From Eledone cirrhosa (taxonomy: Eukaryota), in NCBI GenBank assembly GCA_964016885.1, contig OZ024743.1:61008001-61072000 (forward strand): 64,000 nucleotides of DNA. Reading direction: 5' to 3'. A program made the translations under genes and the position numbers. Positions within the stretch are counted from its first letter, which is position 1, and every line of letters begins with the position of its first letter. The notes beneath the pieces are model-generated. The model was not told where the DNA came from, made no database searches, and worked only from the letters and a program-made list of their open reading frames with translations. Shown here piece by piece: positions 1-12,509 of this stretch.

Positions 1-224
1 TAGGAAGAATCTACGTTGGTTCTGGAGTGGTACTTTTTTACCAATCTTGAATGTATGAAAAGCAGAGTTGACGTCGGTGCGATTTGAACTCAGAGCTCAG
101 ATATCTGGAACGACTACTCCAAAGCAACCTTATAATCAATAAGTTATGGGTGCAACACCTATAATCAGTCATGAGGAAAGGAGACTTCCCCCCCCCCCAA
201 AAAAAAAAGACTGTAAATCTAACA

Positions 225-525
225 GCGACTAACCCAGGTTCTGCTGCACGTCAGGCTGAGGAAGCCAAACTCCTCAAATACCGGTCGCTCTCCGACAGGT
301 TTGCGGTTGTACCTTTGGCAGTGGAGACTTCTGGTGCCCTCTGTCCTAGGGCTACCTCCCTACTCACCACCATAGGGGCTGAGCTGGCCAGCTGCAGGTG
401 TGAGCCCCGCGAGATGGAGTAGCTTTTCCAGCGCGTCTCCCTTGCCGTCCTCCGGGGAAACGCCTTCTCCATTCTCTCGGCCGGGGCGGGGAGGGGGGGG
501 GGGCTGCATCATGTATCATTCCACT
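225..525 (+). mobile_element. 3' fragment of a CRE-like (restriction-like endonuclease, RLE) non-LTR retrotransposon
   Basis: Closely matches 41219-41480. Encodes ATNPGSAARQAEEAKLLKYRSLSDRFAVVPLAVETSG..., then an in-frame TAG and LFQRVSLAVLRGNAFSILSAG (RLE C-terminus). Confidence 0.85.
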
Positions 526-859
526 GAATCAAGTTTTTTAAATTTATGTTTTGAATACTTTCAATCTAGTTGATATTTTCATTTATAGAGTGAATTAATG
601 ACCGTTTCATTATTTAAAAGTGGAGTTGTGAACTAAAAATCTCATCCACGCATCCATGCCTGTTCCCTTATGTAAACGTATTTTCAATATGGCTACAGAC
701 TGTTTTTGACAGTATTGTGGAGAACTGCAATAAAGATTTCTTCTTTTTTTTTTTTTCTTCATAATAAAGTTAAAAGCGCCGTACTGCCAAAGATGTAAAC
801 TTTGTTGGGCTGGATAGGTTAATTTCACAAGATTGTTTTAAATATTCTGCATACTAATA

Positions 860-1147
<288 letters not shown>

Positions 1148-1735
1148 GTTGGAGAAGGGAGAAAAATATGGGGAGAAATTTGTGCATTGTGATGGTGAGT
1201 TAGATTTAATGTATGTATGACAAGGAATTGTAATCCCACTTATCTCATGGGAATCGCCTTCAACTAAATTCGTCAAAATATTTTGGTCCGTAGCAATGTC
1301 AAATCTCGGAATACGTAGTTCCCAGGAGCGATTGACGTAATGTATTATTTCTCTAAATAGATTTCTTGTTTGTGTTTTATTTTTGTTATTTTTTTCTGTC
1401 GTTGCATGTTAGTAGTATATATTCCCAGTAGAAAGCTCTCTTTAGATTAACAAGATTTGTAAATCTCTGAATAATCATAAACACAAAAATACAACTTTAA
1501 AACAAATTTATATATTTAGGCATTGCTTCGTGCTGCAAGTATATACACAAAAACAAATACTCATTCTTATATATACCACCACACACAAACATATGTATAT
1601 ATTTACATATATATATTATTATTATTATTATTATAAATGTAAGCTATCGCTGTATTTTGACTAAAGAAATTAAAGAAATTATTTAGCCTGATAGTGGGGT
1701 TAAGAACTCTAGGAGAAATGGAAAAAGATGAGTAT

Positions 1736-1807
1736 TGACGTACATGGGAGTCGTACCCACATCGTTGGTTATCCAGACCACTGTGCTACCATTTACACCA
1801 ACACATC
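1736..1807 (-). pseudogene. tRNA-like cloverleaf in satellite unit 1 (present in all 10 units)
   Basis: Minus strand GATGTGT TG GTGT AAATGGTA GCAC A GTGGT CTGGATA ACCAA CGAT GTGGG TACGACT CCCAT GTACGTC A. Acceptor, D, anticodon and T stems all pair, with G-U wobbles. Confidence 0.75.
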
Positions 1808-4189
1808 ACCCGTCTTTTTCCATTCAAATTAGAAGCTATAAACTTAGCGACTGTTATGTCAAGTAAGAATATTTTTCGAAACAGCGAGCGGGTTTGAAAT
1901 TATTATAAATGTAAGCTATCGCCATATTTTGGCTAAAGAAATTAAAGAAATTATTTAGCCTGATAGTGGGGTTAAGAACCCTCGGAGAAATGGAAAAAGA
2001 TGAGTATTGACGTACATGGGAGTCGAATTCACATCTTTGGTTATCCAGACCACTGTGCTACCATTTACACCAACACATCACCTGTCTTTTTCCATTCAAA
2101 TTAGAAGCTATAAACTTAGCGACTGTAATGTCAAGTAAGAATATTTTTCGAAACAGCGAGCGGGTTTGAAATTATTATAAATGTAAGCTATCGCTGTATT
2201 TTGACTAAAGAAATTAAAGAAATTATTTAGCCTGATAGTGGGGTTAAGAACCCTCGGAGAAATGGAAAAAGATGAGTATTGACGTACATGGGAGTCGTAC
2301 CCACATCGTTGGTTATCCAGACCACTGTGCTACCATTTACACCAACACATCATCCGTCTTTTTCCATTCAAATTAGAAGCTATAAACTTAGCGACTGTTA
2401 TGTCAAGTAAGAATATTTTTCGAAACAGCGAGCGGGTTTGAAATTATTATAAATGTAAGCTATCGCCATATTTTGACTAAAGAAATTAAAGAAATTATTT
2501 AGCCTGATAGTGGTGTTAAGAACCCTCGGAGAAATGGAAAAAGATGAGTATTGACGTACATGGGAGTCGAATTCACATCTTTGGTTATCCAGACCACTGT
2601 GCTACCATTTACATAAACACATCACCTGTCTTTTTCCATTCAAATTAGAAGCTATAAACTTAGCGACTGTAATGTCAAGTAAGAATATTTTTCGAAACAG
2701 CGAGCGGGTTTGAAATTATTATAAATGTAAGCTATCGCTGTATTTTGACTAAAGAAATTAAAGAAATTATTTAGCCTGATAGTGGGGTTAAGAACCCTCG
2801 GAGAAATGGAAATAGATGAGTATTGACGTACATGGGAGTCGTACCCACATCTTTGGTTATCCAGACCACTGTACTACCATTTACACCAACACATCACCCG
2901 TCTTTTTCCATTTCCATTCAAATTAGAAGCTATAAACTTAACGACTGTAATGTCAAGTAAGAATATTTTTCGAAACAGCGAGCGGGTTTGAAATTATTAT
3001 AAATGTAAGCTATCGCCGTATTTTGACTAAAGAAAATAAAGAATTTATTTTGCCTGATAGTGGGGTTAAGAACCCTCGGAGAAATGGAAAAAGATGAGTA
3101 TTGACGTACATGGGAGTCGAATTCACATCTTTGGTTATCCAGACCACTGTGCTACCATTTACACCAACACATCACCTGTCTTTTTCCATTCAAATTAGAA
3201 GCTATAAACTTAGCGACTGTAATGTCAAGTAAGAATATTTTTCGAAACAGCGAGCGGGTTTGAAATTATTATAAATGTAAGCTATCGCTGTATTTTGACT
3301 AAAGAAATTAAAGAAATTATTTAGCCTGATAGTGGGGTTAAGAACCCTCGGAGAAATGGAAAAAGATGAGTATTGACGTACATGGGAGTCGAATTCACAT
3401 CTTTGGTTATCCAGACCACTGTGCTACCATTTACACCAACACATCACCTGTCTTTTTCCATTCAAATTAGAAGCTATAAACTTAGCGACTGTAATGTCAA
3501 GTAAGTATATTTTTCGAAACAGCGAGCGGGTTTGAAATTATTATAAATGTAAGCTATCGCTGTATTTTGACTAAAGAAATTAAAGAAATTATTTAGCCTG
3601 ATAGTGGGGTTAAGAACCCTCGGAGAAATGGAAAAAGATGAGTATTGACGTACATGGGAGTCGAATTCACATCTTTGGTTATCCAGACCACTGTGCTACC
3701 ATTTACACCAACACATCACCTGTCTTTTTCCATTCAAATTAGAAGCTATAAACTTAGCGACTGTAATGTCAAGTAAGTATATTTTTCGAAACAGCGAGCG
3801 GGTTTGAAATTATTATAAATGTAAGCTATCGCTGTATTTTGACTAAAGAAATTAAAGAAATTATTTAGCCTGATAGTGGGGTTAAGAACCCTCGGAGAAA
3901 TGGAAATAGATGAGTATTGACGTACATGGGAGTCGTACCCACATCTTTGGTTATCCAGACCACTGTGCTACCATTTACACAAACACATCACCCGTCTTTT
4001 TCCATTCAAATTAGAAGCTATAAACTTAGCGACTGTAATGTCAAGTAAGAATATTTTTCGAAACAGAGAGCGGGTTTGAAATTATTATAAATGTAAGCTA
4101 TCGCCGTATTTTGACTAAAGAAAATAAAGAATTTATTTTGCCTGATAGTGGGGTTAAGAACCCTAGGAGAAATGGAAAAAGATGAGTAT

Positions 4190-4261
4190 TGACGTACATG
4201 GGAGTCGAACCCACATCTTTGGTTATCCAGACCACTGTGCTACCAGTTACACCAACACATC
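4190..4261 (-). tRNA. Best-preserved tRNA-like copy; nominal anticodon GGA, non-canonical
   Basis: Perfect B box GGTTCGACTCC, A-box-like TGGTGTAACTGG, TTTTT about 10 nt downstream. T at position 37 and no long variable arm argue against a true tRNA-Ser. Confidence 0.5.
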
Positions 4262-5527
4262 ACCCGTCTTTTTCTATTCAAATTAGAAGCTATAAACTTA
4301 GCGACTGTAATGTCAAGTAAGAATATTTTTCGAAACAGCGAGCGGGTTTGAAATTATTATAAATGTAAGCTATCGCCGTATTTTGACTAAAGAAATTAAA
4401 GAAATTATTTATTTAAAGAAATGATATGACCAAAGATTAATATAGTTCATTGATTACTCAATGAATACAGTTTTACAATAGATTAAAAGCACTCAACAAA
4501 AAAGGTTTTCTGGAGTTTGTAATATTATTCAAAATATTAAGAAAATATTGACAATTAATAATTTTAAAAATATATATATAATTTTTGCCCTACTGGGGTT
4601 ATAATCTTTGCCCTACTGGGGTAATAATTTATTGATGCTTTATCTATTAGAATAATTTCTTTAAGAATCTCTGTATCCTATGTTTTGATTAGAACAGTTC
4701 AATATTTAACTAGACAATTGTTGATATATGGTTTTGAAATATTACTAGATTTCAGAGTAGATACATGGTTTAAATGTTCACATATGGTGAATGAGTTATC
4801 TTCCTTTGGTTTACATTCTTCGTAAATATTTTTATTCTGTTTGAATAGCTTGCTAAATTATATTTGACATGAATTATGTAGTTTAATAATATAAGAATAT
4901 ATTTAAAAGGAAACTATAATAATAAGTAATTACAGAAGTAAATATAAATTAACGAAATAAAACTGTTGTGTGTAAATATAACTGCAATTTAATCCTGTAA
5001 TTAAGTGATAATTAAAGAGTAGAAATGATTTTATAAAGAGAATATCCTATTTAAATAAAATAATTCGGATAAAAAATGATCTTAATATATTTTATATATT
5101 GATGGTGTATTTTAATATATATTTTAATACATGTTTAATAATTATTTAAATATTCTTTAAAAATAAAATTTTTTAAAGTTGTAACAAAATACTTATGGAA
5201 TATATTACCTAAACCAAAAATTATAATCTATAATGAGTTAAATTAAATTATATAAATTTTTAATTAAACTAAATATGTGACGGCTATAAAAAGTAATTTA
5301 TATTGATTAATTTTGATATAATATATAAGTATAATTAGCTTAAGCATAATCAAATACAAGAGATATTCAATGGATTATGGTAATTGATTGGTTGCCTCAA
5401 TTGACCAAATATTTGAAAACAACGGTTTTTTCTATCTATCCCTCTATATTTAATGCTCATTTATTTTTATTTACTCTCCCCTTCCTTTTACTTTCCAAAC
5501 ACATTCCCTTTCTTTTGTCGTTATTTC

Positions 5528-5710
5528 GTGGATTGGCAGTATCGGTAGAAGGTCGGACGCCATGCTTCGACGCATAGAGTTACGGCCCTTGCCATTCTGA
5601 GTTCAAATCCCGCCGAGGTTAACTTTGCCTTTCATCCTTACGGGGTCGATAAAATAAAGTACCAGTAATGCACTGGGTAATTGCTGGCCTTGTGCCAAAA
5701 GTAGAAACAG
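5528..5710 (+). mobile_element. tRNA-derived SINE with a Meta/MESC-like central domain
   Basis: A box TGGCAGTATCGG, B box GAGTTCAAATCC, body GCCTTTCATCCTTACGGGGTCGATAAAATAAAGTACCAG. Several copies in the window. Confidence 0.85.
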
Positions 5711-6007
5711 TTATTTCTTCTTTCTTCTTTTTTCTTTTTTTATATATTTCTACCTCTATTCATCCATCCATTTATTTATTTTTATTCATTTAAATATTTA
5801 TGTATGTATTTATTTATTTTTTCTTGCCTTTTCTCCTCTATATACCCTCTCTTATATCTCTAATTCACTCCACGTCCTTTTCTTCTTTAAGTGTATTATA
5901 TTATTATTTGTGGTATATAGATGTTGAGATTTGATGAAATAAATCACTGCCAATACAGGAATTGAACTATCAAGACCGTAGATGTATGTCATATATCAAA
6001 TCATATA

Positions 6008-6069
6008 TTTCATCTGACGAGGACGTAGTGAAAAAACAACACAGTACCTTCGAAATATATATAATAAAG
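6008..6069 (+). ncRNA. Type I hammerhead ribozyme motif (PLE pLTR remnant)
   Basis: TTTCAT-CTGACGA-[stem II]-GAAA-TATATA-TA-ATAAAG; stem I is imperfect. Confidence 0.6.
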
Positions 6070-6327
6070 CATATATTTTGATTATGTGAATATCTTCATT
6101 TGTTAATATTTTGAATAATATATATATATAGTTCAAGGAAAAACAAAAGAGAGATACAAACAGTCTTATTGATTTCACACTTTATATGGAAAAAGGGAAA
6201 GTAAGTTCGACGTGTCGAGCTTTAGCCCTTCGGCATGAATACAAAAAATAGAGACAGGATCACAAAGGATAGATACAGAAAATAAAAGGTAGTCTGTAGT
6301 AAAAAAAAAAAAAAAATTATGAGAGTC

Positions 6328-6436
<109 letters not shown>

Positions 6437-6457
6437 TGTGTGTCGGTGTGTCTGTGC

Positions 6458-6488
<31 letters not shown>

Positions 6489-7410
6489 TGTGCGCGTGTG
6501 TGTGTGTGTAATAAATGTGTAAGTTTCTAAGTTTCAAAAAGCCGGTACAATGCGGTAGAAATATATGAAGATCAAAGGGTGACAAAGGAAACAAAATAAA
6601 GTATATATGACTCAATATATTTCAATATGATATTTCAGGGCTATTGCCTTCTTTTCAAATGTGAAACAGAAACGGTTTAAAACAAAAACGAAGAACGATC
6701 TGATCTTACTTAACTGGTCTATGTGTTAGAGATACGCATGCGTGAAATCTTTATAGTAGCCAATCTGCTTCGTGCATTTCCAAACTTTCCCTTCACACTT
6801 TCCACGAACACGTAGACAACTCACAGGTAGTAAGCAATATACTAAAAGTACTTCGACACAATAGATATATATTTATTTTGACATAATTTCTCTCTACACT
6901 CTGCCCTCCATCTTTGCTGAAATGAATATTATGAATACAAATCAGAAATCAACATAAAGTAATGAACATTTACAGCAAGCTTTAAAGACGCTTTTTGGTC
7001 AAAACTGTTTATAAGTTATATATATATACATATACAGCCAATGGCATGACAAGAGTGGAAGAGGGTTTTTTTAGGGTGTTTTTGATGATAACACCCCAGT
7101 GATAAAATTTGCTCCGAACGAAATACCCGTGTCTGAAAGAACCTGCAGCCGGAGAGTCAGCCAGATCCATTAAGGGACCATGTCTCGAGCTACCTGCCGG
7201 CGAAAAAATTGTAACACGCAATAAATTAAGTCCAGATGCATCACTGATTTTTCGTTTTCTTTATACTATCTACACTCTACTCTGCTGAATATCGAGTGCT
7301 AATTTTGGCAAACCGCCTATGGAAGCACCATAGCTACCATTATACACAACTATATATATATACATATATATATATATATAAGTTTCAAAGTTCTGATCAA
7401 ATCATTTATA

Positions 7411-7457
7411 TGCTTACAATTGTTTCCTCCAAACCGAGGTTTGGATTCTTCGGAGCA
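7411..7457 (-). ncRNA. Type I hammerhead ribozyme, CCGAAGA core variant
   Basis: TGCT-CCGAAGA-A-TCCAAAC ctcg GTTTGGA-G-GAAA-CAATTG-TA-AGCA. Stem I TGCT/AGCA, 7-bp stem II, palindromic stem III. Confidence 0.75.
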
Positions 7458-8849
7458 ATTTATCAATGGATGATCACAAATATGACCTCCTTTTCAACCC
7501 AAGAGACATACAGATACATTGTTGCTTGGTAGGTCGACAATCATTATAATGTTCAGTGTGGCAGTATACATTTAAAGGTTACATTCATATCAACAGAGGA
7601 AAAATCAAAAATTAATTAAAATACATGAAATTAATGCGATAAGCAGTTATTGAGTGCAATAATTACACGCGTGTCTTGTTTATATCATGCTATAGTGCGG
7701 CAGAGTGTTACATGCAATAGAAGCACTTAAACGGGCGAACAAGAGTGTTAAGGGGGTTGAACTGGCAATGAATCCTTTATACGAATGTTATAGAAGCCTG
7801 CGCGTGGAGAAATATTATAAATATTAAATATTGGAAATGTGTAGCAAAGCGATGATATGGATTCCATGTACAGCACCATTTTCACAGTCCGGGGAGCATA
7901 ATATCCCGATTATATGGCCCTCACATAATCTACAACGATTCAATATTGGGCGTTTGACGATTCTGCTAGATTATCGTAGTTTGTTGGTCCTTAGCTCAAT
8001 ATAGTAGGTTGTTAAGTTGCGAGAATCAGCATCGAATTATTTTCCGGAAGTGTGTGTGTGACTAAGGGGAGTTAATGCGTGAGGGGAGGTAACTCAGTGA
8101 TTTCTATGACTAAATATTAAATGGTGTCTCAAAATAGTCCCTATCTTGTATGGTTATATACAGTTTCTAAAAATTTAAAGTGTCTTAACTATAATGTAGT
8201 CTATCAAGAAGCATTACTGGTGTTCATATTAGGGTGATCATCCTCCATTATAGAGTGCCACGATTGAATATTTCACACGATGAGCCGGATTTCCAAATCA
8301 ATGATCATTGCAATTGCAGTCTACTCATAGAATCTGGCAGGGTGATTATAGAATTACTTCAATCCACAATAATCCCTGGTAAGCTCTGGGTCAGTGCATG
8401 TCACATTGGATGTCTAAAGTTAACTATCACTAGGGTAGACCAGAGGTCTTATCATGTCACTGATCCGAGCTTCAATTCCTGCATATATGTACAACTCATA
8501 TGCCATTTGCATTTCATTCACTGCACCCAGCACACAGGTTATATAGCTCATCAATATTACTAAATTAATTAGTCTATCATTTATCCAACGATGGCACTTC
8601 ATCCACAGAGCACCAACAATACAATCAATTTAATGTTTAAATTATATATTAATTAAATAGTGGTGCAGTTCAAGCTACTGAATGCAGTCACACCGAAGGT
8701 AGATGTACAAAGGGGTATTCCTACTGTGAAGGGTTCTAGAGGGATGTCACTATTAGTGTTATATTGGATCAATGAGTGTGGGGAGGAGGTATAGGGTGTG
8801 CCCTTAGTGTTTGATGCTAGAGGTGGTGCCTGGTTCAAATCTGACATTG

Positions 8850-10437
8850 CTATATATAGGGTTTAAAGTTTTGGAAGGAATGTCTGAAGCGGTGCTGGCA
8901 AGTGGTGAACACTTCAGATTTTTTGTTAAGTAGGTTATGGTTAGAGAAGATAATAGTGTGGGTCTCTAGTAGACAGAAGTTACAAAATTTATTAGGTGGT
9001 GTGTACGAGGTCGCGCTACCTATCACTTCCCATTTAAGTGTGTATGATTTATTTTTAGCTTTTAGATAGTGTATGTAGCTAGATAGTGAGGTGGAGTTGG
9101 CTAGACTGTGTTTTTTAAACGAGTGGATGTGCGAATTATACCTGGTTTTGAAGCAGTTAGACGTGGAGCCTACATAGGTTTCTGAAGAGTTGCTAGTTGT
9201 GACGGTGCATGAGTATATGATATCCTTGATTAAGCATTTCTTATCTAAAGGGCAGGTTCTATTTGCTCTACAGTTACAATTATTCTGGGTGCTAGTCTGT
9301 TGGTTACAATGTTGTGTAGAAGTCCGGGTGGTAGCTATAGGATTTTGGATATGGGGGTTGTCGTCACCGTGTTATTGCTTATACTAGTGCTATTACTACT
9401 ATTACTGCCGTTACTAGGGTTACTTGCTACAGAGTTACTTTGAGGTTTTACCCCCTGATGCGATTTAGTTTGTTGGAAGCAAGAATTATTTGTTCTTTTA
9501 TTGCTACTAGCTATGTGGTATGCTATGTAGGCGTCGTAGAGTAGGATATTTTAATAGTGTTTTTGTTTAAAAGGTTATGGTATTTGTGTCCTAGAGGGAA
9601 GTTTTTATCTAGTAGTGAGAAGAAAGCCCTAGGCATGTTGGTAGAGACGTTTAGGTTGAAAGGAGGGTTGAAAAATGTATTATTTCTTCTTCTATTTTTG
9701 TTTTTAGTGTCTGGTATGTTGTTTCCTCTTAAGGTACTACGGTAGTTTCTGTGGTAAGGGTTACTTTTGATGGCATCCTCCGTTTTAGTGTGTGTGTGGA
9801 TGCTATTCTTATTACTAGGTTTTCTCATGGACATATTGTGTGAGATAATGTTGTAGCTATGTGTTTTCGTAGGTAGGAACTCAATCTCTATATTATGGCC
9901 AGATCTAGCTAATGCTTGATTATAATATTGCGAGTTTTTGCTAAATATGTTTGCGTCATAGGATAGATTAGAGATTCTATTGGATACCCCCTTAGGGATA
10001 GAGTTTAATACTGATCTAGGGTGGTTAGACTTGGTATCTACGTAAATGAGTTTTTCGTTAGGCTTATGGAAAGGTGTATATATCTTTGAGTCTAGGTATA
10101 GTGTGGCGTCTAGGAAGTTAACGTTTTTAGTGTTTTTGTCCATGGTGATACTAAGGTTATAGTTTTTGAATGTCCTATGCAATAATTTTCTAGTTCTTTC
10201 AATATTGAATTTTTTATATTCTATAAGTAGAAGTGCATCGTCGCGGTACAAACCACCGTTGAGGTATGGAAGGTCCTTATGGATTTCATTAAGTAAGTAT
10301 AGGCCGACCAAATCAGTTACCTGCGCCGAGTCACTAGACCCCATGGTTATGTCGAAGTTGTTGTGCGTATCCTTGCGGGTCCATAATTGGTCTTCAAATG
10401 TGATTATGGTTTTACGGGCCGCAAGGATGACATCAAT

Positions 10438-10440
<3 letters not shown>
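8850..10440 (-). pseudogene. PLE RT C-half + GIY-YIG endonuclease, frameshifted
   Basis: ORF 9523-10440 (YRDD). After frameshifts the frame continues NCNCRANRTCPLDKKCLIKDIIYSC...TYVGST...FKTRYNSH...CNFCLLE...CQHR to a TAG at 8850-8852. Confidence 0.88.
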
Positions 10441-10508
<68 letters not shown>

Positions 10509-10864
10509 TACACGGGTGTGTATGATTGTGTATAGAAGATTATATTAATAAAAGGAATTCCAACTTTGTCTGATTTACTCGTTTTATTTACAATCCTTTA
10601 AAATTATAATGATATTATAATGAAATAGTATAGTAGAATATTAAATGTTAAGTGTTAATTGAACAAGTACGTTCATGCTTTCGTAATCTTCAGGATCATA
10701 TTCAGTGGTGACAGTCAAGTTTGCATGTGTGTGTGTGTGTATGATCGACAAAATATGTACGTGCGGTACGTGTGGTTTTCTTTCTCCCCAATTATTTTCT
10801 CATTTTCTTCGTTCCTTCCTCTTATCACTCTTTACTTTCTATTCATTTTCTATTTCTAAATCTA

Positions 10865-10900
10865 TCTTCTGATGAAAGACTAGTGTCCGAAACTTCAAGA
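10865..10900 (+). ncRNA. Minimal type I hammerhead motif
   Basis: TCTT-CTGATGA-AA-GAC tagt GTC-C-GAAA-CTTC-AAGA. Confidence 0.65.
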
Positions 10901-11004
10901 CTCTCTTATTGCTATTTCAAGCCTTTGTTTGGTTATTTTTGTTTTATTTTGTTATTACCTTTTACATACATATATTCATTTATTTATATATATAAACATT
11001 CATG

Positions 11005-11215
11005 ATGAATTGGCAGTATCGGTAGAGCGTCATAAAACATGATTTGTGTCATAACGTAACGAACCTTTACATTCTGAGTTCAAATCCTGCCAGGGTTGGC
11101 TTTGTCTTTCGTCTTTTCTGGGTCGATAAAATAAAGTATAAGTCACTCACTGGGGTCAATGTAATCGACTTTCCCGTCCCCTCGTATTACTGGCCTTGTG
11201 CCTATACTAGAAATC
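11005..11215 (+). mobile_element. tRNA-derived SINE (same family as 5528)
   Basis: TGGCAGTATCGG...GAGTTCAAATCC...GGGTCGATAAAATAAAGTA. Confidence 0.8.
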
Positions 11216-11401
11216 ATTTATTTACTCATGTGCATTTCTCTTTATGTATGTATATCTCTCTGTCTCTCTCTCTATATATATATACATATATAATAATTAA
11301 TGAGAAAAGCGTTAGTTGATTTGTAATCAACTGACTCTTGTATATAATAGATGCCAAGCACTCAACGATTTATATTTACCCGGAGTATTATTATAATAAT
11401 A

Positions 11402-11582
11402 ATTGTTTCTACTTTTGGCACAATGCCAGCAATTATTCCAGTGTATTACTGGTACTTTATTTGATCGACCCCGTAAGGATAAAAGGCAAAGTTAACCTCG
11501 GCGGGATTTGAACTTAGACCATAAAGGGCCGTAACTCTTTGCTGCAAAGCATGGCGTCCGACCCTCTACCGATACTGCCAAA
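11402..11582 (-). mobile_element. tRNA-derived SINE (same family)
   Basis: Reverse complement of the 5528-5710 sequence. Confidence 0.85.
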
Positions 11583-11623
11583 TAAATGAAAGATATATAC
11601 TTTATATCATCTGTATTTATATG

Positions 11624-11699
11624 TATTTTGTCTGAAGTGGACATGTTCTAGTTTATGTAAAACAAAATTTTGCATCTTCGAAATATATATAATGAAATA
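11624..11699 (+). ncRNA. Degenerate hammerhead motif, related to 53233-53298
   Basis: TATTTTGT-CTGAAGT...GAAA-TATATA-TA-ATGAAATA; core A9 altered. Confidence 0.5.
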
Positions 11700-11752
11700 A
11701 ATAGAGAAGATATAAAGTATATATCTTTCGTTTATTGCTATGCTTCTTATTA

Positions 11753-11930
11753 TTTGACAGTATCGGTAGAGGGCTGGACGCCATGCTTTCTAGCATAGTT
11801 ACGTTCCATTACGGTCTGAGTTCAAATCCCGTCGGGGTTAACTTTGCCTTTTATCCTTTCGGGGTCGATAAAATAAAGTACCATAATGTAATGTGTAATT
11901 GCTGGCCTTGTACCGAAAGTAGAAACAACT
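11753..11930 (+). mobile_element. tRNA-derived SINE (same family)
   Basis: GAGTTCAAATCC and GCCTTTTATCCTTTCGGGGTCGATAAAATAAAGTACC, followed by a (TAT)n-like tail. Confidence 0.85.
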
Positions 11931-12141
11931 ATTATTACTATTATATACATATATTATCACTGGGCAGAATTGGTAATTCTACAATTTTAATAGTGACGTA
12001 ATATGAGAAAAGCACTCGACGTCACTCATTCATCTTCAATGTTGAATCATGTTGGTGGTGCGGTAACAGAGTAAATGTATTATAAAGTAAAATGACAGGA
12101 GGCCAAATATGTTGAATTTCCTTAATGGTTTATTACTGTAA

Positions 12142-12199
12142 ACACTATGCACATTTCAGTGGCCAGGTTGCGTAAGAACCCGGTGACTTCATCGGGTGT
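12142..12199 (-). ncRNA. Type I hammerhead, CCGATGA core variant
   Basis: ACAC-CCGATGA-AGT...GGTT cttacgc AACC...ACT-GAAA-TGTGCA-TA-GTGT. Adjacent inverted repeat 12234-12282 / 12311-12359. Confidence 0.7.
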
Positions 12200-12509
12200 A
12201 AATTGCGTACTAGATGTATACCAACGGGATGACGGTAAGTTTTAAGGTAACAAGCAAAGAAAAACAAAGAGGGAAAAGTGTGAGTTCGTCTTTGGGTCAA
12301 AAGCATAGCACACACCTTTTCCTCTTTGTTTTTCTATGCTTGTTTCCTTAAAACTTACCAGAAAGCGCAGCCCAATACAGCCAAAATTGTATCTCAACCT
12401 AACGGGAGATTATTACATATATATATATATAAAGTCATAGATATATATGTGTTTTGCAACGGGTCACTTTGTGGCTCAATGAAGAATTAATAAATTAAAT
12501 AATCAGAGC

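Larger units (their letters stand above)
1627..4411. repeat. Tandem array of 272-bp units: 10 full copies plus a ~59-bp partial copy
   Basis: TTATAAATGTAAGCTATCGC recurs at 1631, 1903, 2175, 2447, 2719, 2997, 3269, 3541, 3813, 4085 and 4357. One unit is 278 bp because of a TTTCCA duplication. Confidence 0.98.
7381..10440 (-). mobile_element. Naiad-type Penelope-like element, 5'-truncated, long 3' UTR, flanked by (TA)n
   Basis: RT motifs FDITMGSSDSAQVTDLVG and GLYRDD, CxCx5C linker, GIY-YIG domain, sense-strand HHR near the 3' end. Confidence 0.8.

Noticed and set aside
1876-1995. Hammerhead in the 272-bp unit (GAAA-CAGCGA...TCGCYR-TA...CTGATAG)
   Set aside because: The core CTGATAG breaks the 3:8 pair and A9, and stem I is offset by about 5 nt from the putative cleavage site. 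At most a remnant.
1627-4411. CRISPR array, or a cluster of functional tRNA-Ser genes
   Set aside because: There are no unique spacers and the context is eukaryotic. The cloverleaf has T37, no variable arm, and a damaged T arm in 9 of 10 copies.
4412-5380. Mitochondrial insertion (NUMT)
   Set aside because: AT-rich, but no recognisable mitochondrial gene or rRNA motif.
8850-9300. Selenocysteine-encoding Naiad
   Set aside because: The conserved Cys codons read in the three Naiad-type EN regions are TGT/TGC; no in-frame TGA was seen at those sites.
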